From: Gemmatales bacterium
GTDB lineage: Bacteria > Planctomycetota > Planctomycetia > Gemmatales > HRBIN36
Length of the DNA: 64,000 nucleotides
Direction of reading: 5' to 3'
Assembly (NCBI GenBank): GCA_041640595.1
Contig: JBEPZY010000002.1
Location: 564,651 to 628,650, forward strand
Below are positions 1 to 10,393 of this stretch, piece by piece. Each line of letters opens with the position of its first letter. The first letter of the stretch is position 1. The notes beneath the pieces are model-generated. The model searched no databases. It saw nothing but the letters and a program-made list of their open reading frames with translations, and had not been told where the DNA came from. A program made the position numbers and the translations under genes.

Positions 1-573
1 TTGTGTCAGGCCGTCGTGATAGTCGAAGCGGGAGAGCGTAGCGGAGCGTTGATCACCGCTCGACACGCGGCAGAGCAAGGCCGGGAAGTGTTTGTTGTGC
101 CGGGCCCGGTAGATAGCCCGACCGCAGGCGGCATCGTGCATTTATTACGCCAAGGTGCCACTCCTGTCCGGGATGCTGGCGAAATTTTGGAAATACTCCG
201 ACAAAAACCGATCGGCGATCGCCAGGGCATTTTGTTTGTCTCGGCGAGCAGCGGCTCGTCCGCCGCAACGTCTCGGAGCACGGTGGGTGTCAAACCGAAT
301 ACAGGCGCTGCTCTCACCGGCATGAGCAACACCGAACCCGCCAGTGCCCCCCAGGTTGGGGCTAGGCCGAGTCCGAATGCTTCTCTGCTCGCGGGTCTGC
401 CCGACTATGCACGGAAACTGTACGACGCTTTGACTGCGGAACCGCAGGACGCCGATGGTTTGGCCGAGAAAACCGGCCTGTCTGCTCAGGAGCTTGGTCG
501 GGCAGTGGTGCAACTCGAATTGCTCGGCTTACTGCGACGCTGGCCAGGAAACCGGCTTACTCGCTTGCCGTGA
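1..573 (+). CDS. dprA: DNA-processing protein DprA, C-terminal part (truncated by window start)
   Basis: VVIVEAGERSGALITARHAAEQGREVFVVPG motif plus a C-terminal winged helix (LELLGLL). Confidence 0.93.
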   Translation: MCQAVVIVEAGERSGALITARHAAEQGREVFVVPGPVDSPTAGGIVHLLRQGATPVRDAGEILEILRQKPIGDRQGILFVSASSGSSAATSRSTVGVKPNTGAALTGMSNTEPASAPQVGARPSPNASLLAGLPDYARKLYDALTAEPQDADGLAEKTGLSAQELGRAVVQLELLGLLRRWPGNRLTRLP

Positions 574-712
574 AGCAGGAAGCTTCACGCAACCGACTGG
601 CACGGGAAGGCTCACACAGTAACCTGCACATGGAAGCGACGGGGATTTACGATGCCGACCAGCAGGCACAGAAGACTTACGCTTCCCGCTCTGAACACGA
701 TGCAGAATTCTT

Positions 713-1924
713 ATGCCTAGCGTTGGTGCTCGCTGGCTGTTTGACGGTCTAGAGCGCGTCATCCAGGACGCTTTGCTGGTTTGGGAACAGGAGCGGATCG
801 TAGGAGTTTATCCAGGGCAACGCCGATTGGCCCAGCGCGACCTTGGCGACGCCATTCTCCTGCCCGGTCTGGTCAACGCCCACACTCACCTCGACCTCTC
901 CGCCATGCAAGCCGGGCAGTTTCCCGGTGACGCCTGGTCCTGGTTGAACCGTGTGATTGAATATCGCCGCCAGTGCTCGCCGGAAAGTGTGAGGCAAGCG
1001 GTGCAGCAAGGCATCACCGAATCACTGCGGTATGGCGTAACTCTGGTCGGCGACATTGCTGCCAGTGGCGAAGCAGTCGCTACCCTGGCCCAATCGCCGT
1101 TACGAGCGACCATCTTTTGCGAAATTCTCGGCCTGTCGAAAACTCGAGCCCGCCAATCCTGGCAGCACGCGAAAACCATCGTATCGCAAGCCGTGGTCAG
1201 TACCCAGTGTCGTTACGGATTGAGTCCGCACGCTCCCTATTCGACCCGCCGAGGTTTATTCCGACTGGCCGCGCGACAGAATCTTCCCGTGGCAGTGCAT
1301 CTGGCCGAGTTCCGCGAGGAGCAGTCGTTACTGGAATCGCGAAGCGGGCCGTTTCGCCACTGGCTCGAACAACTCGGCGTCTGGGACGCAGGCGGTCTGT
1401 GCGCTGGCTATGGGCAAATCCTGGACATGCTGCGATCGGCACCACGAGTGATTTTCATTCACCTCAACTATCCCACCGGGGAGTTACTGGAGCGACTGGC
1501 CAACTGGTCGGGCCGGGCGGGTGTCGTGTTTTGTCCGCGCACCCATGCATACTTCGGACATGCACCGCATTCCTGGCCGGAGTTACTCCGTCGCGGTATT
1601 CCCGTAGCCATCGGCACCGATAGCCGTGCTTCCAGTCCGGATTTGAGCATTTTGGGAGAACTGCGTTTTGTCTGGCAAAACTCACCGACAGTGCCCGCCT
1701 GGCAGTTGTGGCGTCTGGCCACTTCCGAAGCAGCGGCAATGCTCGGCTGGCCGGAAACCGGTGCCCTGGTTTCCGGTCGCCTTGCCGATTTTATTGCCAT
1801 TCCGCTCCATTGTCGCACTGGCGCCGACCCGTTACAAACGCTTCTGGAAACGGACACCCTTCCCAGCCTGGTGTGCATCAACGGTAGAATCATTTTCGAT
1901 GCCGCGGGAGCTGGTATCACCTAG
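713..1924 (+). CDS. Metal-dependent amidohydrolase (deaminase-like)
   Basis: LPGLVNAHTHLD, SPHAPYS, VHLAE and GTDS amidohydrolase motifs. Confidence 0.88.
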   Translation: MPSVGARWLFDGLERVIQDALLVWEQERIVGVYPGQRRLAQRDLGDAILLPGLVNAHTHLDLSAMQAGQFPGDAWSWLNRVIEYRRQCSPESVRQAVQQGITESLRYGVTLVGDIAASGEAVATLAQSPLRATIFCEILGLSKTRARQSWQHAKTIVSQAVVSTQCRYGLSPHAPYSTRRGLFRLAARQNLPVAVHLAEFREEQSLLESRSGPFRHWLEQLGVWDAGGLCAGYGQILDMLRSAPRVIFIHLNYPTGELLERLANWSGRAGVVFCPRTHAYFGHAPHSWPELLRRGIPVAIGTDSRASSPDLSILGELRFVWQNSPTVPAWQLWRLATSEAAAMLGWPETGALVSGRLADFIAIPLHCRTGADPLQTLLETDTLPSLVCINGRIIFDAAGAGIT

Positions 1925-2031
1925 GCGGAATGTCTCGCAACAGCGCCAGGCTATGCAAACGGACGTGATTGTCCCTATGATACCACGGGAAAGCTGCCTG
2001 GTTGGGCCTGGTAATTTCGGGAGTCGTAACC

Positions 2032-3375
2032 ATGACCATGAGCTTGAAAGGAAACGCTATCATCGCGCAATCGGGCGGGCCAACCGCTGTGATTAATGCC
2101 ACCGCTTATGGTATTCTGACGCAACTGCGGCAATACGATTGCGTGCGGACTATTTATGGGGCAAGCCACGGCATTTTGGGAGTGCTGCGGGAGGAATTGT
2201 TCGACTTTTCCTCCGAGTCGCCCCAGGCCATCGAAGCGCTGGCCTGGACGCCGGCAGCGGCTATCGGGTCGTGCCGCTATAAGGTGCGGGAACGCGATTA
2301 CAATCGCATTCTGGAGGTATTTGCGGCCCACGACATCCGTTATTTCTTCTACATCGGCGGTAACGATTCGGCGGACACGGCTTTGCAGGTGCACCAGCTG
2401 GCCCGAAACCGCGGTTACGATCTGCGTGTGCTGGGCGTGATGAAAACCATTGACAACGACCTGATGGAAACTGACCACTGTCCAGGCTACGGTAGCGCTG
2501 CCAAATATGTGGCAACAGCTGTGCGTGAAGCCGGACTCGATGCCGAAGCTATGTGTACGCAGCACCAGGTGGTGCTCGTCGAAACCATGGGACGGAATGC
2601 CGGCTGGTTAGCTGCTGCCGCAGGCCTGGCACGCACCACCGACGAAGAAGCACCCCATCTCATTCTGTTTCCCGAACGGCCTTTCCAGCTGGATCGTTTT
2701 CTGGGCGATCTGGAAAAGGAATTGCGCCGCCGACATGTAGTCTTTGTGGCCGTCAGCGAAGGGCTTCGCACGGAGAATGGTCAGTACCTGTCGGAAATGT
2801 TCGCGCAGCTGCTCAGGGACAGCGAAAGACCCGAGACGCAGAAAGATCATTTCGGTCACATTCAACTCGGTGGAGCCGCTGCTTATCTCCACTATCAGAT
2901 TCAGCAAAGGCTGCGAATCGCCAGCACTCGCGTTTTCACCGCCGGGCTGTACCAGGGCAAAGCAGATGACCCTGTGCGAAGCCGTTACAACCTGCCGGGC
3001 ACCCAGCAGCGAAACGCGGCACACTGGATGTCGCTTACCGACCGCGATGAGGCTATGCGATGCGGTCAGGCGGCAGTGGTTTACGCTATCGAGGGGCAGA
3101 GCGGCTACACTATTGGCCTGAAGCGGATCAGTGACGATCCTTATCGGGCAGAGCCGACGCTTATCGAACTCGGCAAGGTGGCGAACCTGACACGCCGCTT
3201 GCCCGAGAATTTCATAGACGCCAGCGGGTACTTCATCAGCGATGCTTTTCGACGTTATGCCCGGCCGCTGTTGCAGGGGCGCGTGGAGGTCCCAGAGGAT
3301 GAGTACGGTTTGCCCCGCTATGCTCGCCTGGAAAAAAGGCCAATCGCCAAGAAATTACCGCCCTGGCAGGTGTAA
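2032..3375 (+). CDS. pfp: 6-phosphofructokinase, probably PPi-dependent
   Basis: QSGGPTAVIN, GGNDS, KTIDND and ETMGRNAGWL motifs; start ATG 2032 or 2038. Confidence 0.88.
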   Translation: MTMSLKGNAIIAQSGGPTAVINATAYGILTQLRQYDCVRTIYGASHGILGVLREELFDFSSESPQAIEALAWTPAAAIGSCRYKVRERDYNRILEVFAAHDIRYFFYIGGNDSADTALQVHQLARNRGYDLRVLGVMKTIDNDLMETDHCPGYGSAAKYVATAVREAGLDAEAMCTQHQVVLVETMGRNAGWLAAAAGLARTTDEEAPHLILFPERPFQLDRFLGDLEKELRRRHVVFVAVSEGLRTENGQYLSEMFAQLLRDSERPETQKDHFGHIQLGGAAAYLHYQIQQRLRIASTRVFTAGLYQGKADDPVRSRYNLPGTQQRNAAHWMSLTDRDEAMRCGQAAVVYAIEGQSGYTIGLKRISDDPYRAEPTLIELGKVANLTRRLPENFIDASGYFISDAFRRYARPLLQGRVEVPEDEYGLPRYARLEKRPIAKKLPPWQV

Positions 3376-3564
3376 GAGACGTGCAGGCGGAAATCCTATC
3401 GCTTGCCGTTGGACCTGCATCTAACACTTTTTTTGAGCGTTTGCGATTGCATCGGGCTTGGGTAAACTCTATAGAAACACAGACGATTCCAGCATTGCGG
3501 TAAGGCCAGAGAAAGTCCTCTTTTACCAGAAGCGCCGGGCTCGCCGACTACAAAAGGAAGGTAC

Positions 3565-5040
3565 ATGAAAGAACTGCGATTTCGGCTACCGGCGAACTTG
3601 CCGTCGGCAGCACGTTCCGGGCTTCAGCACGCTTATCTGACGTATGGTGCGGAAAGTTACCCGATTCCCAGCCGTGCTGAGGTTACCGAGGGAGAACTGG
3701 TTTTGCGGACAGCGGAACGAATCGCTCCTTTCAGCGCTTGCATTCCCTGGTCGGCGATGGGCGAAGTGTGGATGTTGAGTACCACGACGTTACTTCCTTC
3801 GCCTCAACCTTACGATTTGCTCCGAGAACTGGCTCGTGGTCAGTTGTACCGGATACGTGAGGCCATCGAGGATTGGAGCGAAGTGGAACCGGAGCTGATG
3901 GCGGAATTGCGCACCCGGTTACGGCAGGGAGTAAGCGAACTGCTGCTTTCTGCCGAGCCGCATTCCGAGGCTTCTCAGGCGCTTGCAGAACATGCTCTGA
4001 TGACCGCGCTGGAACTCAGTCGGGAGTGGACGCTGAAGGTATCCCAGCGGCTCACGCCCATCCGTCAGCAACGACGACCGGTGCCGTTTTATCTGTGCTG
4101 GTCGGCTCGGACACCACCGGCCAAGGAGTATGAGCAGCTACGCGAAAGTTTCCAGGGTGTGCGGATACCGATTCCCTTCAATCCTTCCCTGCTGGAAAGC
4201 GAGGACTTCTGGCGTCAGCAGGAGCGGCTAATCGCCTGGTGGCAACAACAGGGTTGGCCTGTGTGCGTGGGGCCGCTTTTCGATTTTGCCTCCGATTCCT
4301 TTCACAAACACTGGTGGTCGGACAATCCAGCACATGGAACCGTGCTGGAGCGGGCGATCTGGTTTTTGACTCGGGCAGTGCATCGCTGGGGCGAGGCGGT
4401 GCAGGATTGGTATGTCGTCGCGTCGGCCAACTTTTTGCCTTCCGCTCGCAGTCTCGAAGACGGCCTGGCTGTTCTGGAGCAGTTGTTACGCCCGGTGCGA
4501 CGACTGCTGGCAGGCAAACGTGTCCGTCTGGGTCTGGCGCAACCCTGGGGAGAGCGAGCCGCTCGATTTCCAGAACAGCCCATACCGCTGCTTCTGGCTG
4601 ATTGGATTGCTCGTGCCGATACGGGCATCACCACCATAGACCTGGAAGTGATCTTTGGCTGCGAACCGCGTGGAACCTGGTTGCGTCCACCTGTGAGCAT
4701 CCAGCTTCTGCTGGAGCGATTTGCAGAAGTGCCCCTCGAACTGGAGATTTCTTTCGGACTACCCGCAGCGACCCAGACCGATCCACTGGCCGATCCGCCT
4801 GACCAGAACATTTTTGAACCAGCCTCGGAGTCCTGGCAAGCGGCATGGGCGGGGACATTACTTGACCTGGGATTGGCACAACCGAAAGTGCAGCGAATCA
4901 CCTGGTTGGATGCCAGCGATACCGCACCCCATCTGGTGCCGCACGGCGGTTTGTTCGATGCTCATGGGCAACCGCGACCGGTGCTGGCGGAGTTTCGCCG
5001 GCGCCGAGCTGGCATGAACCCTTCCAAAGTGCCAGCATAA
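3565..5040 (+). CDS. Planctomycete protein with a GH10-like (beta/alpha)8 C-terminal region
   Basis: RBS AGGAAGG before the ATG; C-terminal 'VQRITW...HGGLFDAHGQPRP' resembles the GH10 tail; family recalled from memory. Confidence 0.5.
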   Translation: MKELRFRLPANLPSAARSGLQHAYLTYGAESYPIPSRAEVTEGELVLRTAERIAPFSACIPWSAMGEVWMLSTTTLLPSPQPYDLLRELARGQLYRIREAIEDWSEVEPELMAELRTRLRQGVSELLLSAEPHSEASQALAEHALMTALELSREWTLKVSQRLTPIRQQRRPVPFYLCWSARTPPAKEYEQLRESFQGVRIPIPFNPSLLESEDFWRQQERLIAWWQQQGWPVCVGPLFDFASDSFHKHWWSDNPAHGTVLERAIWFLTRAVHRWGEAVQDWYVVASANFLPSARSLEDGLAVLEQLLRPVRRLLAGKRVRLGLAQPWGERAARFPEQPIPLLLADWIARADTGITTIDLEVIFGCEPRGTWLRPPVSIQLLLERFAEVPLELEISFGLPAATQTDPLADPPDQNIFEPASESWQAAWAGTLLDLGLAQPKVQRITWLDASDTAPHLVPHGGLFDAHGQPRPVLAEFRRRRAGMNPSKVPA

Positions 5041-5115
5041 TGTCACTCGGCACAACCCTCTCCATGAGGCAAAGGAAGGTCAGGAAGGCTGCTGCTTTTG
5101 GTTCAGGAGGACGCG

Positions 5116-5598
5116 ATGCGGGCGATGGCTTTCGTCCTGGCCGGGCTGCTCTCCGGTATCCTGAGCGGATTATTCGGCATTGGCGGCGGAATTTTGCTCA
5201 TCCCGATTCTGATTTACATATTCGGTTTCAATCAGCACGAAGCCCAGGGGACAACGCTGGCGGCGATGATTCCGCCTATCGGTTTGTTTGCGGCGATTGA
5301 ATACTATCGCCACGGCCAGATGCGGCTGGAGGCGGTGCCCGGGATCATCCTCGGTTTTGCCGTGGGAGCTTACCTGGGTGCCGTGTTGGCGCCGCAGATC
5401 GCGGGGGTGTGGTTGCGGCGTGGTTTCGGTTTGCTGTTATGCTATGTCGGCATAGATTTCCTTTTGACCGACCTGTTGCCGGGGCGGTTCTGGCCAGCGG
5501 CATTGGTGACCGCAGTGCTGGGCCTGGTGGCTGGGAAATGGTGGCGCCACCGCGGGTCACCTACTCCCTCAACTTCTCACACGCCACCTCAAGAGTAG
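5116..5598 (+). CDS. TauE/SafE (TSUP) family half-size membrane protein
   Basis: GLLSGILSGLFGIGGG...P and AQGTTL motifs; RBS AGGAGG before ATG 5116. Confidence 0.85.
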   Translation: MRAMAFVLAGLLSGILSGLFGIGGGILLIPILIYIFGFNQHEAQGTTLAAMIPPIGLFAAIEYYRHGQMRLEAVPGIILGFAVGAYLGAVLAPQIAGVWLRRGFGLLLCYVGIDFLLTDLLPGRFWPAALVTAVLGLVAGKWWRHRGSPTPSTSHTPPQE

Positions 5599-5660
5599 CT
5601 GGCCGCGTTTTTTCACCGTCCGCAACCGGGAGGAACTTCCGCCTCGCCCGACCGGCCAGC

Positions 5661-6698
5661 TCAATTGAATAAATCGCCCTGGGATTGGGGCGATCTTTCG
5701 CCGGGAAGCGGTCGGCCAAGATGGGCGTATGCCTTGGGCGTAGCCAGTCGGCCGCGCGGTGTCCGCACGATAAACTGCGCCCGCAGCAGATACGGTTCGA
5801 TCTCTTCCGCCAGGGTATCCTGAGCCAGATTGAGTGTGGCGCTGAGCGCTTCGACCCCTACGGGTCCACCACCGAACACGTCCAGCAACACTTCCAGGTA
5901 GCGTCGGTCCTGGCGGTCGAGTCCGGCAATATCAATTTCAGCCATTTCCAGCGCAGCGCGGGCAATGGATAAAGTAATGGCTCCTTCATGTTCGCTGGCG
6001 GCATAGTGGCGTGCCCACCAGAGTCGGGCATTGGCCAGACGGGGTGTGCCTCGACTGCGGCGGGCGATTTCCCAGGCGGCTTCTTCTTCAATGGGCGTTT
6101 GCAATTTGCGAGCATTAATGCGGATAATCTCGGCCAGCTCGTCGTCGCTGTAAAATTCGAGATGCTCGTGCATCTTGAAGCGGTCTCGTAAAGGCCCGCT
6201 GAGCATACCGCTGCGGGTGGTGGCACCGATCAGCGTGAACCGTTTCAGCGGCAAGGACACCGTTCGCGCATGCAAACCTTCGCCCAGCACCAAATCCACA
6301 CGAAAATCCTCCATCGCCGAGTAGAGGAACTCTTCGACCACGCGCGGCAAACGGTGGATTTCGTCAATGAACAGGATCGAGCCTTCTTCAGCATTGGTGA
6401 GGTAGGGCATCAGATCGGCCGGTTTCGTCAGTGCCGGGCCGGAGGTCATCTGAATCGTGGTGCCCAGTTCGTTAGGAATGACCGTAGCAAACGTGGTTTT
6501 GCCGAGGCCAGGCGGGCCATCGAACAGAATATGCGAGAGCGGCTCGCCCAGTTTTTTGCAGGCGTTGATGGCGATGCGGAGACGTTCCACCACCGCTTTC
6601 TGGCCGATGACTTCGCTCAGCCGTCTTGGGCGTAGTGCATCGTCGCGGGCTCGGGTTTCGGCATCGAGACCGCTTTTCAAGATCGGTTCGCGGGGCAT
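5661..6698 (-). CDS. ruvB: Holliday junction branch migration helicase RuvB
   Basis: LRPRRL, GPPGLGKTT, LFIDEIHRL, GATTRSG, SRGTPR and RTPRGR motifs. Confidence 0.98.
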   Translation of the reverse strand: MPREPILKSGLDAETRARDDALRPRRLSEVIGQKAVVERLRIAINACKKLGEPLSHILFDGPPGLGKTTFATVIPNELGTTIQMTSGPALTKPADLMPYLTNAEEGSILFIDEIHRLPRVVEEFLYSAMEDFRVDLVLGEGLHARTVSLPLKRFTLIGATTRSGMLSGPLRDRFKMHEHLEFYSDDELAEIIRINARKLQTPIEEEAAWEIARRSRGTPRLANARLWWARHYAASEHEGAITLSIARAALEMAEIDIAGLDRQDRRYLEVLLDVFGGGPVGVEALSATLNLAQDTLAEEIEPYLLRAQFIVRTPRGRLATPKAYAHLGRPLPGERSPQSQGDLFN

Positions 6699-6881
6699 GA
6701 GCGTGTGCCTCCTTCGGCGCTATTGTAGTGCCCGTGAGCCATGGACTGGGCAACATGATCTCCGTCGGCAATCTGGCCGGAAGCGTTGCTTTCCGTATCT
6801 TCACGCCAGAAGTGGCGGGACCAGGCCAAGCATGGCCGCTCGATTTCACCAGTTCCCGCAACAACACCAGGAGCTTCCACC

Positions 6882-8000
6882 ATGTCGAAGGCACCTGATT
6901 TTAGCCAGAGCACTTCGCGCCTGGCCTGCCGCTCCAGCCGCGAAGTGCCATTGCTGCCCGACCGATTCGATCGCCGGCGTTTCCTGGCCGCCGGTCTGGC
7001 CTTTGTGGGAGGAATGGTAATGGGACGCGATTACGGCCCCAACGCTCCACCGGTGCGCTATCCCGATCCGGACATCGTCGTGCTCGACAAACGCTTCGCC
7101 AGGTACAAGATCGGCAACACGGCCATTCAACGCCTCTGCACGGGCATGCTCTGGGCGGAAGGCCCGGCCTGGAACGGTGTCGGCAAGTATCTGGTCTGGA
7201 GCGATATTCCCAATGATCGCCAGTTCCGCTGGCTCGACGAAGACGGTCACGTCAGCGTTTTTCGCAAGCCCGCTGGTTATAGCAACGGCAACACCTTCGA
7301 CTACCAGGGCCGGCAGATTTCCTGCGAACATGGCAATCGCCGCGTGGTTCGCTATGAGTACGACGGCACGGTCACCGTCCTGGCTGACAAATTCCAGGGC
7401 AAACCCCTCAACGCTCCCAACGACGTGGTTGTTCATCCCGACGGCGGCATCTGGTTTACCGATCCCGGTTACGGCAGCCTGATGAACTACGAAGGGCACA
7501 AGGGCGAACTCCTGCTCAAGGAAGCCATCTACCGCATTGACCCGCAGACCGGCAAAATCGAAAAAATGACCGACGAAATGTACAAGCCGAACGGATTGTG
7601 CTTCTCGCCGGATTACAAGCTGCTCTACGTGGCGGAAACCGGAGCATCGCATTATGAAAAAGCGCCCCGCAACATCATGGTGTTCGAGGTCAAGGACGGA
7701 AAAAAACTCGGCAAGGGACGTGAGTTTGTCTCGATGGAAATGGACGGCAAAGCGGGTTTGGCCGACGGTATTCGCTGCGATATTGATGGCAACGTCTGGG
7801 CGTCGGCTGGCTGGGTGGGCGAGGGTTACGATGGCGTACACATTTTCGCTCCCGATGGCACGCGCATCGGTCTGATTCGCCTGCCGGAAATCTGCAGCAA
7901 TGTCTGTTTCGGCGGACCGAAACGCAACCGCTTGTTCATGACCGCCAGTCAATCGCTTTATGCCGTTTACGTAGAAACTCGGGGCGCCCATATTTGCTGA
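6882..8000 (+). CDS. SMP-30/gluconolactonase family protein with a Tat-like signal
   Basis: WAEGPAW, SNGNTFD, NAPND, PNGLCFSPD and ADGIRCD motifs; N-terminal DRRRFL; start uncertain. Confidence 0.9.
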   Translation: MSKAPDFSQSTSRLACRSSREVPLLPDRFDRRRFLAAGLAFVGGMVMGRDYGPNAPPVRYPDPDIVVLDKRFARYKIGNTAIQRLCTGMLWAEGPAWNGVGKYLVWSDIPNDRQFRWLDEDGHVSVFRKPAGYSNGNTFDYQGRQISCEHGNRRVVRYEYDGTVTVLADKFQGKPLNAPNDVVVHPDGGIWFTDPGYGSLMNYEGHKGELLLKEAIYRIDPQTGKIEKMTDEMYKPNGLCFSPDYKLLYVAETGASHYEKAPRNIMVFEVKDGKKLGKGREFVSMEMDGKAGLADGIRCDIDGNVWASAGWVGEGYDGVHIFAPDGTRIGLIRLPEICSNVCFGGPKRNRLFMTASQSLYAVYVETRGAHIC

Positions 8001-8140
8001 CCGGTCGTTATGGCGCAAGGGCAGCGGAGGTCGCTCCGGCGAATCAGCACGAATCCGCTGAGGTAGCTGGCTCCCCCGAACTTTCGGCGCTGAGCGTCTG
8101 ACTAAAATCAGCGGCTAACCGCTCCGCTATACTAATCGCT

Positions 8141-8980
8141 ATGGTCGAGAATGCCCCTATCCTGACGCTGCAACACGCCGGCCTGACGATTGAAGGCTAT
8201 TCCCGGGCCGCGGTGCAAACTTACTGGCGAATCCCCGAATTGAAGATCGGCTTCGATCTGGGTGCCCAGCCGTGGGACTTCATGAACATGCCCACCTGGC
8301 TGATTACCCATACGCACCTGGATCACGCTGCCTGTCTGCCGGTGTATATAGCCCGACGGCGAATGATGCGGATGGAACCACCAGCAATTTATTTACCCGC
8401 GGAATGCCTGGAGTGGACACAACGCTTATTGCGGGTCTGGCAGCATCTGGATCGTGGTCGGCTCACCTGTCAGCTCCATGGCGTGTCACCCGGCGACGAA
8501 ATCGAATTGACACGCGAATATGTCATCGGCGTCTTTCGCACTGCCCACACTGTCCCTTCCGTCGGATACCTGGTCTGGAATCGCCGGCACAAGCTCAAAC
8601 CCGAATATCACGGCCTGCCCGGTGAGAAAATTCGTGATCTGCGGCTCAGCGGGGTGGAAGTGACCCGCGAGGTACGCACACCAGTACTGGCCTACACCGG
8701 CGACACCAGTCCGGAAGTCTTCGACCTCTACCCAACGCTCTACGACGCCAAAATCCTGATTACCGAGCTGAGTTTCATCCTGCCCTCGCACAAAAAGGAC
8801 AAGATTCACAAGTTCGGCCACATGCATCTGGACGACTTGCTGGAACGGGCAGACCGCTTCCGCAACGAAGTGATCATCGTCGGCCACTTCAGCACTCGTT
8901 ATCATCCCCAACAGGTGCATCGCTATCTGGAAAAACGCCTGCCCGATCATTTGAAAAGCCGCATCAAAATCTGGATATAA
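8141..8980 (+). CDS. MBL-fold hydrolase, short RNase Z-like
   Basis: [21 protein letters not shown] and HFSTRY motifs. Confidence 0.82.
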   Translation: MVENAPILTLQHAGLTIEGYSRAAVQTYWRIPELKIGFDLGAQPWDFMNMPTWLITHTHLDHAACLPVYIARRRMMRMEPPAIYLPAECLEWTQRLLRVWQHLDRGRLTCQLHGVSPGDEIELTREYVIGVFRTAHTVPSVGYLVWNRRHKLKPEYHGLPGEKIRDLRLSGVEVTREVRTPVLAYTGDTSPEVFDLYPTLYDAKILITELSFILPSHKKDKIHKFGHMHLDDLLERADRFRNEVIIVGHFSTRYHPQQVHRYLEKRLPDHLKSRIKIWI

Positions 8981-9190
8981 TTGCCGTTCCGATCGTGGAA
9001 AGGAATCCGCATGTCCTTCCTGCCCACGGATGAGCCAATACCGATCTTCAGTGCAGATTCGGCACAATACCCGGCACCGTTTCCGTTCAGCGAGTTCGGG
9101 GATCAGTCACTTGCGCCTCAATCGGCTGAATCCGACTGGTGCGAAATCGCCTTCGGGCCGCTGGAACGTCTGCACACTCTGGTAACACTC

Positions 9191-10147
9191 ATGGCACGCA
9201 TGCCTCGGGAACCTTCACCTCTGATGGTCGGCCGATGTCGGCTGGGGTTGTGCTGTTTGTTTGTAGGTGTGGCGGAGGTGCGTTTCCGGACGACCACTGC
9301 GACAATCCTCAGCAAATTACCCAGCGCTGCCGCATGGCACCGCTTATGCGCTCTGGCAGAGCACAATGCGAAGATGCTGCGGTTAGCACTGGGGCATTGT
9401 CAGCGGTTGGGCATTCGTGCCTTTCGTGTCAGCAGCGATCTGCTCCCGCTGGCTACTCACGAACAATTCGCCTATCGGTTGGCCGATTTGCCTGTGCGTA
9501 CTCGCCACCATCTGGCCGCGGCTGGGCGTTTCGCTGCCGAACACGGGATTCGGCTCAGTTTCCATCCGGATCAGTTCGTGCTGCTCAACAGTCCGCGACC
9601 GGAAGTGGTGCAGGCGGCGATTCGCGACCTGGTCATGCACGCTGAGTTAGCCGAGGTGCTCGGTGCCGACGTGATCAATATCCACGCTGGCGGCGCTTAC
9701 GGGGACAAAGCAGAAGCACTGCGCCGATTAGCCCATCACATCGAACGTCTGCCCGTATCCATTCGCCGGCGTTTAACGCTGGAAAACGACGACCATATCT
9801 ACACGGTGCGCGATCTGTTGCCGATTTGCCGGAGTTTGCAGATACCGCTGGTTTACGACGTACATCATCACCGTTGCAATCCGGATGACCTGAGCGTCGA
9901 GCGGGCGACCGAATTGGCCTGGAGCACCTGGGATCGTGAGCCGATTTTCCACATTTCCAGTCCCCGCGGCGGTTGGCGAAGCCGGGATCCCGCTCGTCAT
10001 GCCGATTACATCCAACCCGCCGATTTCCCTGCCTGCTGGCAACGCCTGGCCATGACGGTTGACGTGGAGGCCAAAGCCAAGGAGAAAGCGTTATTGCGTC
10101 TTGCCCGCGCTTACCAGTCCGGATCGGAGAAGTTGCGGTCAGGCTAA
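9191..10147 (+). CDS. uvsE: UV DNA damage endonuclease UvsE
   Basis: FRVSSDL, RLSFHPDQF, LTLENDD, YDVHHH, HISS, HADYI and VEAKAKE motifs; start uncertain. Confidence 0.93.
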   Translation: MARMPREPSPLMVGRCRLGLCCLFVGVAEVRFRTTTATILSKLPSAAAWHRLCALAEHNAKMLRLALGHCQRLGIRAFRVSSDLLPLATHEQFAYRLADLPVRTRHHLAAAGRFAAEHGIRLSFHPDQFVLLNSPRPEVVQAAIRDLVMHAELAEVLGADVINIHAGGAYGDKAEALRRLAHHIERLPVSIRRRLTLENDDHIYTVRDLLPICRSLQIPLVYDVHHHRCNPDDLSVERATELAWSTWDREPIFHISSPRGGWRSRDPARHADYIQPADFPACWQRLAMTVDVEAKAKEKALLRLARAYQSGSEKLRSG

Positions 10148-10393
10148 TGGACTGGTCAGGCTCCTGGTCAGGTCGAGGCTCGCTTGTTACACTGGCAAGA
10201 GGGGAGCACCCCGACCGAGGGCAGCACATTGGCGTAAACCATGCTGCAATAACGCCGTCGGCAGGTCAATTTCTCACGATTTGAGATCGGCAGATTGGTG
10301 CAAGCGAGGCAACCGGAAGCGTTAAGGTTGACAACAGACTAACCGCCACCTGCTGGCGATAGGCGGGCGTATGGCGCGAGTGGGAAGTCGAAG

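Noticed and set aside
6846..8018. 390-aa - strand ORF (likewise 16055-17266 and 37544-38719)
   Set aside because: Antisense shadows of well-supported genes.
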